Shown one piece after another: positions 30,353-38,741 of a stretch of DNA of 64,000 bases (position 1 is its first letter; each line of letters opens with the position of its first letter). The notes under the pieces were generated by a model that was not told the origin of the DNA, ran no database searches, and worked only from the letters and a program-made list of their open reading frames with translations. The position numbers and the translations under genes are program-made. Source of the stretch: Candidatus Thermofontivivens primus (lineage in GTDB: Bacteria; Sysuimicrobiota; Sysuimicrobiia; Sysuimicrobiales; Thermofontiviventaceae); contig JAVKJW010000005.1 of NCBI GenBank assembly GCA_031458695.1, positions 20,390 through 84,389 on the forward strand, written 5' to 3'.

Positions 30353-32299
30353 ATGCGGCAGTTCGTCATTGGTACGGCAGGCCACATCGACCACGGCAAG
30401 AGTGCCCTCGTGAAAGCTCTTACCGGCATGGACCCCGATCGGCTAGAAGAAGAAAAGCGACGGGGGATGACCATTGATCTTGGGTTTGCTTATCTTGACC
30501 TCCCAAGCGGGCGAAGGGTTGGGATCGTGGATGTCCCTGGACACGAGAGACTCATCCGGACGATGCTTGCCGGTGCGACTGGGATCGATCTTGTCCTTTT
30601 GGTCGTGGCAAGCGACGAGGGAGTGATGCCCCAAACGCGGGAACACTTGGACATCCTGCGTTTCCTGCACCCGAGCTGTGGCGTCGTGGTGCTCACTAAG
30701 ATCGACCTCGTTGAAGATCATGCTTGGCTCGCCCTCGTCCAAGAAGAAGTTGCTCAGCTGGTGGAGGGGACCTTCCTGCAAGGAATGCCGGTTATCCCTG
30801 TCTCCGCCAAGACCGGGGAAGGCCTCGACGTGCTCATACGAACCATCGATAAGCTTCTCGACGAGATCCCTCTACACCCCCAGGAGGGCCCTGTCCGTCT
30901 CCCTGTAGACAGGAGTTTCGTCATGCCTGGATTTGGGACTGTGGTCACAGGGACGCTCTGGAGCGGGCGGATCCGGCCGGGAGACGTTCTGGAACTGCTT
31001 CCGTCAGGGAAAGAGGTGCGTGTTCGAGGCATCCAGAGTTATGGGCAGTGGGTGGAGGAGGGAATCGCCGGGACCCGTGTTGCCCTGAACCTCGCGGGAA
31101 TCTCCAGGGAGGAGGTCCAACGAGGGGACGTCCTTGTCACCCCTCAAGCCTTTACCCCTGCGACGCTCCTCGACGTGCGCGTCGAGCTTCTTCCTCAAGC
31201 ACCGCCCGTTGCCCATATGACCCGCCTGCGCTTCTACCTGGGGACAGCAGAGGCGTTTGGTCGGCTTGCCCTTCTGGACCGGGAGGTCCTTGGTCCCGGG
31301 GAGAGCGCTGTTGGCCAGGTCCGGCTGGAAACCCCTGTTGTGGCAGCACGCGGGGATCCATTTGTCCTTCGACGCTACTCCCCCCTCCAGACCATCGGTG
31401 GGGGAAAGGTAATCTCCTCCGCTCTCGCGAAGCGCAGGCGAGGGGATTCCTGCGCTCTGGCAGAAATCCTCGCCCTGGAACGAATGGGTGAAGATGAGCT
31501 TGCCGAGAGGTTCACCTGGGAAGCAGGGTATAGGGGGATCACAATGGAAGAACTCTCCCAGCGCCTAGGACTCGCCCTGCCCACGGTCTACGAACTCATC
31601 CAGAAAATGTCCAGCGCGGGGTCAGCGATCCTCCTTGGGAGCAGGATCTTCCATTCGAAGGTTTTGGAAGACCTCAAGGAGGCGATCCTCTCGGCGCTCG
31701 CCAGCTACCACAGCGAGGCTGCATGGCGAGTGGGGATGCCCCGGGAAGAACTCAAGAAAAGGGTGTTTCGGGGTGGGGATGACCGCCTCTTTTCCCATGC
31801 GTTGGAGGACCTCCAACGGGAAGATCCCCTGGGAGGGCTCTCTGGGGAACCCTCCCAGGGAAAGGTGGCACTTAAAGGTTCGTTGGTCCGCCTCGAGGGT
31901 CATCGCCCGGTGAGAACAGAAGTGGAGGAGAGGTGCCTCCAGCACCTTCTCCGCATCTACGCCGAAGGTCGCTTCACGCCTCCTTCCAAGGAGGAGGCCT
32001 TTGCGCTCCTCCCAGAAGATCGGGCCGTCCTAGAACGCATGTACCAAGCTGCCTTGGACGAGGGCCTCCTTGTCGAAGTCAGACCTGGCATGGCATTCTC
32101 CCACCAAGCCCTGGAGGAGATGAAGATCATCGTCCTCCGGCATATCCAGGAGCATGGAGGGATCACCGTAGGAAACCTCCGTGATCTCCTTGCAACCAGC
32201 CGGAGGTATGCCCTCGCCGTTCTGGAACATTTCGATGCCTTAGGCCTCACGAGGCGCGTAGGAGATCGGCGGATTGCTGCCCACCGTTGGTTGGAGTAA
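30353..32299 (+). CDS. selB: Selenocysteine-specific elongation factor SelB.
   Basis: [25 protein letters not shown]... GTPase domain, beta barrels and C-terminal winged-helix domains. Start is 8 nt after the selA stop. Confidence 0.9.
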   Translation: MRQFVIGTAGHIDHGKSALVKALTGMDPDRLEEEKRRGMTIDLGFAYLDLPSGRRVGIVDVPGHERLIRTMLAGATGIDLVLLVVASDEGVMPQTREHLDILRFLHPSCGVVVLTKIDLVEDHAWLALVQEEVAQLVEGTFLQGMPVIPVSAKTGEGLDVLIRTIDKLLDEIPLHPQEGPVRLPVDRSFVMPGFGTVVTGTLWSGRIRPGDVLELLPSGKEVRVRGIQSYGQWVEEGIAGTRVALNLAGISREEVQRGDVLVTPQAFTPATLLDVRVELLPQAPPVAHMTRLRFYLGTAEAFGRLALLDREVLGPGESAVGQVRLETPVVAARGDPFVLRRYSPLQTIGGGKVISSALAKRRRGDSCALAEILALERMGEDELAERFTWEAGYRGITMEELSQRLGLALPTVYELIQKMSSAGSAILLGSRIFHSKVLEDLKEAILSALASYHSEAAWRVGMPREELKKRVFRGGDDRLFSHALEDLQREDPLGGLSGEPSQGKVALKGSLVRLEGHRPVRTEVEERCLQHLLRIYAEGRFTPPSKEEAFALLPEDRAVLERMYQAALDEGLLVEVRPGMAFSHQALEEMKIIVLRHIQEHGGITVGNLRDLLATSRRYALAVLEHFDALGLTRRVGDRRIAAHRWLE

Positions 32300-32351
32300 A
32301 TTCCGCTGGTTTTTCCAGAAGCCCAGCAAAACTCGATCAAGATTTTGCTGG

Positions 32352-32669
32352 CTACTCAGTGGGCTTTTCCTCTGGAGCCGCTTTCGGCCGTGCAACCCTC
32401 GGGCGTGCCCTGCGTACAGCACGCCTGCGCACTGCTCTCCTCCCCCTCACAGCCCGTCGGCGTGCGACGCGTCGGACTGGTGCAAGCAAGGATCGACCTT
32501 TCGTTAAAGCGCCGTGGTAGCGCGTCGCATCTTGCGAAACTTGCTTCAAACGTTGAATGAGCGTTGCAAGTGCCTCTGCATTGTTCTCTAACCAGAACCT
32601 TCGGATGGACATCTCAATTGCCACAAGGGAGTTCTCAAGCTCTTTATCAACGACTTTTGCACGTGCCAT
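32352..32669 (-). CDS. Hypothetical small protein in an AT-rich island: helical N-terminus, Arg-rich C-terminal tail.
   Basis: Strong RBS (ACAGGAGGTGACAGAGT ATG). N-terminal roughly 60 aa (MARAKVVDKELENSLVAIEMSIRRFWLENNAEALATLIQRLKQVSQ...) lie in low-GC DNA. The distal Arg/Ala/Val-rich tail lies in GC-rich DNA and may be read-through noise, so the true stop is uncertain. Confidence 0.3.
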   Translation of the reverse strand: MARAKVVDKELENSLVAIEMSIRRFWLENNAEALATLIQRLKQVSQDATRYHGALTKGRSLLAPVRRVARRRAVRGRRAVRRRAVRRARPRVARPKAAPEEKPTE

Positions 32670-32943
32670 ACTCTGTCACCTCCTGTGATTTTCTTTCTCC
32701 AAAACGCTCCCCCTTTCCTCGTGCTTCTCCAAAAAACAGATTAACACCGAATACTGCTTCCTACAATCCAAGCGGATCATCGTCCATCAAAGAGTTGGTA
32801 AATGTCCGGGCATATATTTTGATAAATTTGCCGTGTTGCGTCGATCATGGAAAGGAACGGATGGTTTTGTGAGTATCAAGAAGGGGTCAAACGTCATGAA
32901 GAAGAATGACACTCACAAGAGTTGCTGAGCGGAGGGAGGGACG

Positions 32944-34581
32944 ATGCCCTATCGGATGGGCGCACACAGCTTGGCGAAGGCTTTCAGGAGAGAGGGAGTG
33001 GATTGTATCTTTACCCTCTGTGGAGGACACATCATGCCGATCTACGAGGCGTGCCTGGACGAGGGGATCCGTATCATCGACGTGCGCCATGAACAAGCTG
33101 CTGCGTTCGCGGCAGATGCCTGGGGGCGGATGAAGCGTCGGCCTGGCGTTGCGGTGGTCACTGCAGGGCCTGGGATCACGAATACCGTCACAGCCGTTGC
33201 CAACGCATTCAAGGCAGGAACGCCGCTGGTCGTGATCGGCGGACAGGCCCCTCTCCTCCGTCTAGGGAAGGGAGATCTCCAAGAACTCGATGCGTTGAGC
33301 ATCCTGCGACCAATCACCTGTTGGGCCGCTCGCGCATGGACCGCTAACCGCCTTGCGGAGATGACCCACACCGCCTTTCACGAGGCAATGTCCAGGCGCG
33401 GGCCGGTTTTCCTGGAGGTCCCCATGGATGTCCTCCTCGAACCCGCCGGCGAGGAATCCCCCCAAATGCGACCAGGCCCCATGCAGCTCCATGGAGAGCC
33501 CTCCAAGGTGAAGGAGGCTGCCCAGCTCTTAGCGACCGCGGAGCGGCCTGTCCTCATGGGAGGGAGTGACCTCTGGTGGTCGGGAGCGGAGGAAAGCCTT
33601 ATGCGCTTTCTCGAGGTCCTTCCCTTGCCTGTCTACCTTAACGCAATGGGGCGGGGGATGCTTCCACCCGACCATCCCTGCTTCTTTGCCCTTTCCAGAG
33701 GGTGGGCACTGCGGGAAGCCGATGTCGTCCTTCTCATCGGGACCCCCATGGACTTCCGGTTAAATTTCGGGCGGGCCTTTGGAGAGAAAGCGAAAATCGT
33801 CCAGGTGGATCGAAATCCTGGGAACATTGGACAGAATCGGGAGGTTACCATTGGAATCTGGTCGGACGCACGCCCTTTCCTGGAGCTTGTAGCAGAGGAG
33901 ATCGCTGCGATCCCCCACCGTCGGAGCTCCCGCTCCTGGGTAGAGGCTGTCCGGCAGATCGAGCAACAACGACGGCAGGAACGGATCCCTCTCGAGGAAT
34001 CCGAAGCAATCCCCATTCATCCACTTCGCCTGGCCAGGGAGCTTGCAGATGTTTGTAGTGAAAACACGATCTTTGTCGGGGATGGCGGAGATGTGGTGTC
34101 GATCGCGGCGACGATCATTCACCCGTACCGGCCAGGGCATTGGCTTGATCCGGGGCCGATGGGCACCCTTGGGATGGGCGTTCCTTTTGCTCTCGCGAGT
34201 AAGCTGGCCTATCCGGAGAAAGAAGTGATTGCGCTCTTTGGCGATGGGGCTATCGGGTTCTCCATCATGGAGTACGATACCGCCGTGCGCCATGGAATTC
34301 CCTTCATTGGGATTGTCGGCAACAACGGGCAGTGGGCGCAGATCCGGTATGGCCAGGTTAGCATGTTCGGGGAAGAGCGTGCCGTCGCTACGAAGCTGCG
34401 AGTGGCGCGATATGAGCAGGTCGTGGAGGCATTGGGGGGCTATGGGGAGTACATTGAAGATCCGCGGGAGATCCGGCCTGCCCTCGAGCGCGCACGAGCA
34501 TCGGGAAAGCCGGCGCTCCTCAACGTCCGGCTGGATGAGACGTACTACAGTGACGCGACAAAACGCCTCTATAAGCTCTGA
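32944..34581 (+). CDS. Thiamine-diphosphate-dependent enzyme of the acetolactate synthase / oxalyl-CoA decarboxylase family.
   Basis: 545 aa. N-terminal Pyr domain (…DVRHEQAAAFAADAWGRM…GPGITN…), central domain, C-terminal PP domain (GDGAIGFSIMEYDTAVRHGIPFIGIVGNNGQW). Confidence 0.85.
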   Translation: MPYRMGAHSLAKAFRREGVDCIFTLCGGHIMPIYEACLDEGIRIIDVRHEQAAAFAADAWGRMKRRPGVAVVTAGPGITNTVTAVANAFKAGTPLVVIGGQAPLLRLGKGDLQELDALSILRPITCWAARAWTANRLAEMTHTAFHEAMSRRGPVFLEVPMDVLLEPAGEESPQMRPGPMQLHGEPSKVKEAAQLLATAERPVLMGGSDLWWSGAEESLMRFLEVLPLPVYLNAMGRGMLPPDHPCFFALSRGWALREADVVLLIGTPMDFRLNFGRAFGEKAKIVQVDRNPGNIGQNREVTIGIWSDARPFLELVAEEIAAIPHRRSSRSWVEAVRQIEQQRRQERIPLEESEAIPIHPLRLARELADVCSENTIFVGDGGDVVSIAATIIHPYRPGHWLDPGPMGTLGMGVPFALASKLAYPEKEVIALFGDGAIGFSIMEYDTAVRHGIPFIGIVGNNGQWAQIRYGQVSMFGEERAVATKLRVARYEQVVEALGGYGEYIEDPREIRPALERARASGKPALLNVRLDETYYSDATKRLYKL

Positions 34582-34609
34582 GAAATGTGATCCCAATCGA
34601 AGGATCGCC

Positions 34610-34704
34610 GGAGGGGGATGGGGCCTGGTGGTCCTCCTGGTCTTCAAAACCAGTGACGAGCCTGGATGGCCCGTGGTGGGTTCGATTCCCACACCCCTCC
34701 GCCA
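34610..34704 (+). tRNA. selC: tRNA-Sec (selC), anticodon UCA.
   Basis: Hand-folded. 8-bp acceptor GGAGGGGG / (A)CCCCTCC (terminal G.A mismatch). Anticodon stem CTGGT/ACCAG with loop CTTCAAA. Long variable arm TGACGAGCCTGGATGGCCCGTGG. T-arm GTGGG-TTCGATT-CCCAC. Discriminator G plus encoded CCA. Classic bacterial 8/5 tRNA-Sec architecture. Confidence 0.85.
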
Positions 34705-34753
34705 GAGGGTCTCTGCGCACCTTTGCTGAAAAATTTTGCTGAGGAGTGATCGC

Positions 34754-35230
34754 ATGGACGAGATGGCCATTCAAGACTTCTATCCTGACGAGCTGAACTA
34801 TTGCTATGGGTGTGGCCAGCTCAACGCGGATGGCCTGAAGCTAAGGAGTTTCTGGATAGGGGAGGAGGCGGTCGCCCAATTCACGCCTCGTTCCTACCAC
34901 ACCGCCATCCCTGGCTACGTCTACGGGGGGCTCATTGCTTCCTTGATCGATTGCCACAGTACAGCGACCGCTGCCGCGGCGAGCTACCAAGCAGAAGGAC
35001 GGGAGATGGGGACGGAGCCACCATTTCGATTCGTCACAGCATCGCTCCACGTGGACTATCTCCGCCCTGTTCCCATGGGTGTAGTGCTGGAGATCCGGGG
35101 ACGGGTGAAAGAACTCAAGGGACGGAAGGCTGTTGTACAATCCGAGGTGTTCGCCAATGACGAGGTTTGCGCCCGCGGGGAAGTGGTTGTAGTGCAGCTC
35201 CCCGAGCACATGGTCCCGAAGAAATCTTAA
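34754..35230 (+). CDS. Hotdog-fold acyl-CoA thioesterase (PaaI/YbgC-like).
   Basis: 158 aa. ...PGYVYGGLIASLIDCHSTATAAAA... matches the 4HBT motif. RBS GAGGAG. Confidence 0.8.
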   Translation: MDEMAIQDFYPDELNYCYGCGQLNADGLKLRSFWIGEEAVAQFTPRSYHTAIPGYVYGGLIASLIDCHSTATAAAASYQAEGREMGTEPPFRFVTASLHVDYLRPVPMGVVLEIRGRVKELKGRKAVVQSEVFANDEVCARGEVVVVQLPEHMVPKKS

Positions 35231-35344
35231 CCTGCAGTACCCCGAAAAACCTCTTTTGGCTTTGGCCAGCCTCTTCTTCCACAGGGTCCTGATCAAGATA
35301 CCCGCATTCGTGGGAACAGGAAGCAGGAAGCGCTTCGCATCGCC

Positions 35345-36070
35345 CTACTGCGCTTTTCGTTCCTTGAGCAAGCGAAGTAGGGGAATTTCCTTGAGCAGCT
35401 TCTCGCTGATGTATTGCCAGAGGATGCCAGGAGGGCGTGGTCTGGAGGTCCGGGTTTCAATGACCTGGGTAGGAGTCACGATCCAATCGACGGGCACATC
35501 GTAGGGATCAAGGTCGATCTCTTCCACTACTTGGACATCGTGTACCGTCGTCACGATGGGCGTCCGCTCGTCGACAAGACCAAGCTCGCATAGGATGGCA
35601 AATTCTAGCTCGCTGTAGCCTTCCCCTTTGCCAATCCGCGCCCCATCGGGCGTCACAGCCACCGAGCCGACCACGATGAGGTACGGCCGAGGGAGGTTGT
35701 CAAGTCCTGCCTCCTTTCCGTAGTGGAATGCACCTTTGATCGTTGCAGCTTCCTCGAGCCTGGGCTGGGGGATCTCCCGGGGATCCAGGATCAGGAACCC
35801 AGACCGTAGACGGGGTGCTGGCATGAGCACTTCCTTCCCTGCTCGCAGGGCCAACCGACGTATCGGAAGTTGCGGGGCGTCTGGATTGACCTTCACGCGT
35901 GTGGCTTTTCGAAAGATGTCAAGCTCTGCAAGGCGCCGTGCAGCTTCTTCTGCCCCAGCGAAGTTAGGAATGCGGCCATAGACAGGGCGAGGGAAACGGG
36001 CGATCCCCTCCCGCTCCATCCGGCTCCAGATACGCCTGCGGATGTCCTCCTTAGACGCCATCAGGAACAT
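35345..36070 (-). CDS. 5-formyltetrahydrofolate cyclo-ligase-fold family protein.
   Basis: 241 aa. ...LIVVGSVAVTPDGARIGKGEGYSELEF... resembles the MTHFS GxGxGYYD region. Start placed at the internal ATG (MFLMASKEDIRRRIW...). Confidence 0.6.
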   Translation of the reverse strand: MFLMASKEDIRRRIWSRMEREGIARFPRPVYGRIPNFAGAEEAARRLAELDIFRKATRVKVNPDAPQLPIRRLALRAGKEVLMPAPRLRSGFLILDPREIPQPRLEEAATIKGAFHYGKEAGLDNLPRPYLIVVGSVAVTPDGARIGKGEGYSELEFAILCELGLVDERTPIVTTVHDVQVVEEIDLDPYDVPVDWIVTPTQVIETRTSRPRPPGILWQYISEKLLKEIPLLRLLKERKAQ

Positions 36071-36122
36071 GGTTCGGCCTCCACTCCTGCGTTCCTCCAG
36101 CGGGCTCTCTCCAGTTCCGCGT

Positions 36123-36359
36123 TTACCCATCCAGGAGCTCGAAGACGCTGGAAAAGACACTGGGCTTGTAGGGGTAGCCACAGAGCGTGCAGGTTCCAGT
36201 GGCATCCCGCAGGACCATACCGCAAGCAGGACAGTTGGTGAGGAGGGGAACGCCACAGACGGGACAGAAATCGGGGAACCCACGAGGGTCACTCGCACTC
36301 CATGTGAACGCGCACGCTGGATCAGGACATACAGCAAAGAACTCGAGTGACCTCGCCAT
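36123..36359 (-). CDS. Cys-rich double zinc-ribbon microprotein.
   Basis: 78 aa with four C-x2-C pairs (CPDPAC, CPVCG, CPACG, CTLCG). Confidence 0.5.
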   Translation of the reverse strand: MARSLEFFAVCPDPACAFTWSASDPRGFPDFCPVCGVPLLTNCPACGMVLRDATGTCTLCGYPYKPSVFSSVFELLDG

Positions 36360-36560
36360 CTCTTACCCCATGACAAACTCCGAGTGGAAGGACCTCCTCC
36401 TTTGCATACAATCGGCCCTTGAACCACCGACTTGAACCTCCTGCGCATCACTCCATCCCCTTTCTCTATGGGGGATCCCCAGGGATTTTAACCAATATCC
36501 GTTCATGTCGTGTGGTGTTCGTCCGATCATTATGAGATGAGAACACCGGAGGATGGGGGA

Positions 36561-37043
36561 ATGGCAAGGTACAGGAGTCGCCTCCCAGTTAAGGAATTCC
36601 AAGTCATCCACCGGTTCTGCCTGCACAAACCGGGGAATGTCCGGCGATTCCTGGGCCTCTCCTCCCGGGAGGCGCACGAGCTCAGTGGCCTCGCTCTCGC
36701 CGGGGTCGTGAACACCTCGGATGAGGTCATCTATATTGACCACTGCTTGAGTGAACCTGAGAAAGAATTCACAGAAATCCACGAGCTCGTGCACGCGCGG
36801 CGCCAGATAAACGGGGAGGAGCTCCAGGATTACGATCTTGAGGAGATCTACGTGGAGCTGGAGACGATCGCCCGCACCCGTAGGCCTACGTTGTTGAGCC
36901 TTTTCCCGAATACCCTCCTCATTCTCCTCCACGACTACCTTACCGAAAGGGGCCGCCTGAAACCGGATCGGAAGCAAGATCTTGCCAAGATTTACAGGAA
37001 GATCGAGGCTCTCATTGCCCTCATGTGCCCTGGGCGTTCCTAA
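36561..37043 (+). CDS. ImmA/IrrE-like (M78/DUF955) HExxH metallopeptidase-domain protein, orphan.
   Basis: ...EPEKEFTEIHELVHARRQ... matches the ImmA signature R-F-T-x-A-H-E-L-G-H. GGAGGA RBS 8 nt before the ATG (MARYRSRL...). No HTH partner nearby. Confidence 0.5.
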   Translation: MARYRSRLPVKEFQVIHRFCLHKPGNVRRFLGLSSREAHELSGLALAGVVNTSDEVIYIDHCLSEPEKEFTEIHELVHARRQINGEELQDYDLEEIYVELETIARTRRPTLLSLFPNTLLILLHDYLTERGRLKPDRKQDLAKIYRKIEALIALMCPGRS

Positions 37044-37166
37044 GGTGGGCCAAAGGATCTATAGGCTTCTTCCTTTCCCCTTTGTAAAACTAGTTTCCAC
37101 CGGAGCCTTGCTGCCAAAAGATTTGGCTGGGGTTCCATTGTTTGTTATGGTATAATTTGGGAAGCT

Positions 37167-38516
37167 ATGGAAAGGAAGTTCTGTATCATCACCTATGGCT
37201 GCCAGATGAATGTCCGGGACTCGGAGGCAATGGCCGGGATCCTCCTCCAGATGGGGTATAACCCCACGGAGGACCCCGAGGAAGCCGACGTGATCCTCCT
37301 CAACACCTGTACCGTGCGGGAAGGCGCTGAGGAACGAGCTTACGGACGGATCAACGAACTGCATGCTCTCAAGCGCCGCAAACCCCACCTCATCATTGGC
37401 ATGGCTGGGTGCATCCCTCAGAAGGACCGGGAGCGTGTCTTCGCAAAAGCTCCTCACGTTGACCTCGTGTTCGGCGTCCACAACATCCATCGTCTCCCTG
37501 AGCTCCTCCGGCAGGCGAAGGAGGGATGCATGCCTGTGTACGAGGTCTACAGGAGGCCTCCAGAGGACCTCCCCCGTCTTCCTGCCCTGCGGAAGAACAA
37601 GATCAAGGCCTACGTGAATATCATCCACGGGTGCAACAAGTGGTGCACCTTCTGTATCGTCCCCCTCACGCGCGGACCCGAACGAAGCATCCCTCCTGAC
37701 CAGGTGCTCGCGGAGATCGAAGAGCTTGCCAGGGAGGGCTACAAAGAAGTTACCCTCCTTGGCCAAAATGTGGACTCCTATGGCCACGATCTACGGCCCA
37801 AGGTGGATCTCGCGGACCTGCTCACCATGGTCCACGACGTTGAGGGGATCCAGCGCATCCGGTTCACAACCTCTCATCCCCGGGACATGACGCTGAAGCT
37901 CATCAAGACGGTGGCTGCCCTGCCGAAGGTCTGTGAGCACATCCACCTCCCTATCCAAGCAGGGGATGACCTGGTTCTCTCCCGGATGCGTAGGGGGTAC
38001 ACCGTGGCGCAGTACAAGGAGATCGTCGCCGCCATCCGGGAGCACATCCCTGGGGTCAGCATCACCACGGATGTGATTGTGGGGTTCCCTGGAGAGACAG
38101 AGGAACAATTCGAGAATACCCTCCAGCTTTTGGAGGAGATCCGGTTCGATGCCGTCAACAGTGCGATGTATTCCCCGCGCGAGTACACCCGGGCGGCCAC
38201 CTTCCCGGACCAGATCGATGAGGAGACTAAGAAACGCCGGCTGTGGAGGCTGAACTCCCTCCAGGAACGCATCGCCCTTGAAATCAACCGTGAGCTCGTG
38301 GGAACGCGCCAGGAGGTTCTTCTGGAAGGCAAAGGGGAAAAGGGAGGCCTTGTTGGTCGGACTCGCACGAACAAAGTCGTTGTAGTAGAGGGAGATGGCT
38401 TCCATCTGGAAGATGGAGACAAGCTTGCGGGGCAGACAGTTGACGTCTTCATCACGGACGCAGGTTCCTGGGTCCTCCGCGGGCGCCTAGTCAAAGGATC
38501 CCTCGTTGCAGTATAA
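37167..38516 (+). CDS. miaB: tRNA-i6A37 methylthiotransferase MiaB (radical SAM MTTase).
   Basis: 449 aa. UPF0004 N-domain (ITYGCQMNVRDSE), radical-SAM CNKWCTFC, TRAM C-domain. Preceded by an extended -10 (TGgTATAAT). Confidence 0.9.
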   Translation: MERKFCIITYGCQMNVRDSEAMAGILLQMGYNPTEDPEEADVILLNTCTVREGAEERAYGRINELHALKRRKPHLIIGMAGCIPQKDRERVFAKAPHVDLVFGVHNIHRLPELLRQAKEGCMPVYEVYRRPPEDLPRLPALRKNKIKAYVNIIHGCNKWCTFCIVPLTRGPERSIPPDQVLAEIEELAREGYKEVTLLGQNVDSYGHDLRPKVDLADLLTMVHDVEGIQRIRFTTSHPRDMTLKLIKTVAALPKVCEHIHLPIQAGDDLVLSRMRRGYTVAQYKEIVAAIREHIPGVSITTDVIVGFPGETEEQFENTLQLLEEIRFDAVNSAMYSPREYTRAATFPDQIDEETKKRRLWRLNSLQERIALEINRELVGTRQEVLLEGKGEKGGLVGRTRTNKVVVVEGDGFHLEDGDKLAGQTVDVFITDAGSWVLRGRLVKGSLVAV

Positions 38517-38741
38517 GGATCCCACCGACCTCTTTTGGTAAGATTTCGCTGGGCTGCGTAGCGTTGCTCCCTTCTGGGAAGATTTCCGCACTTGCGCTTG
38601 CACATCTCTCTACTGGCCAAGCGGAGGATTTCGGAAGGAAACCACGAATTCTCATCCCAAGGCACCCACGGGAGAGGGCCTGAGCTCATTGCAGGAAGGG
38701 AGGCGGGAGGTCCGAGATCGTTGACGGAACGCGTCACTCCT

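Noticed and set aside
32530-32570. CTTCAAA (tRNA-Sec-like anticodon loop) at about 32545, in the gap after selB. Considered as the selC location.
   Set aside because: No complementary anticodon stem, acceptor stem or T-arm can be built around it. The genuine tRNA-Sec folds cleanly at 34610-34704 instead.
37081-37110. Palindrome AAACTAGTTT upstream of miaB as an additional LexA box.
   Set aside because: Spacing is AAAC-N2-GTTT rather than the AAAC-N4-GTTT seen at recA and lexA. It is more likely coincidental.
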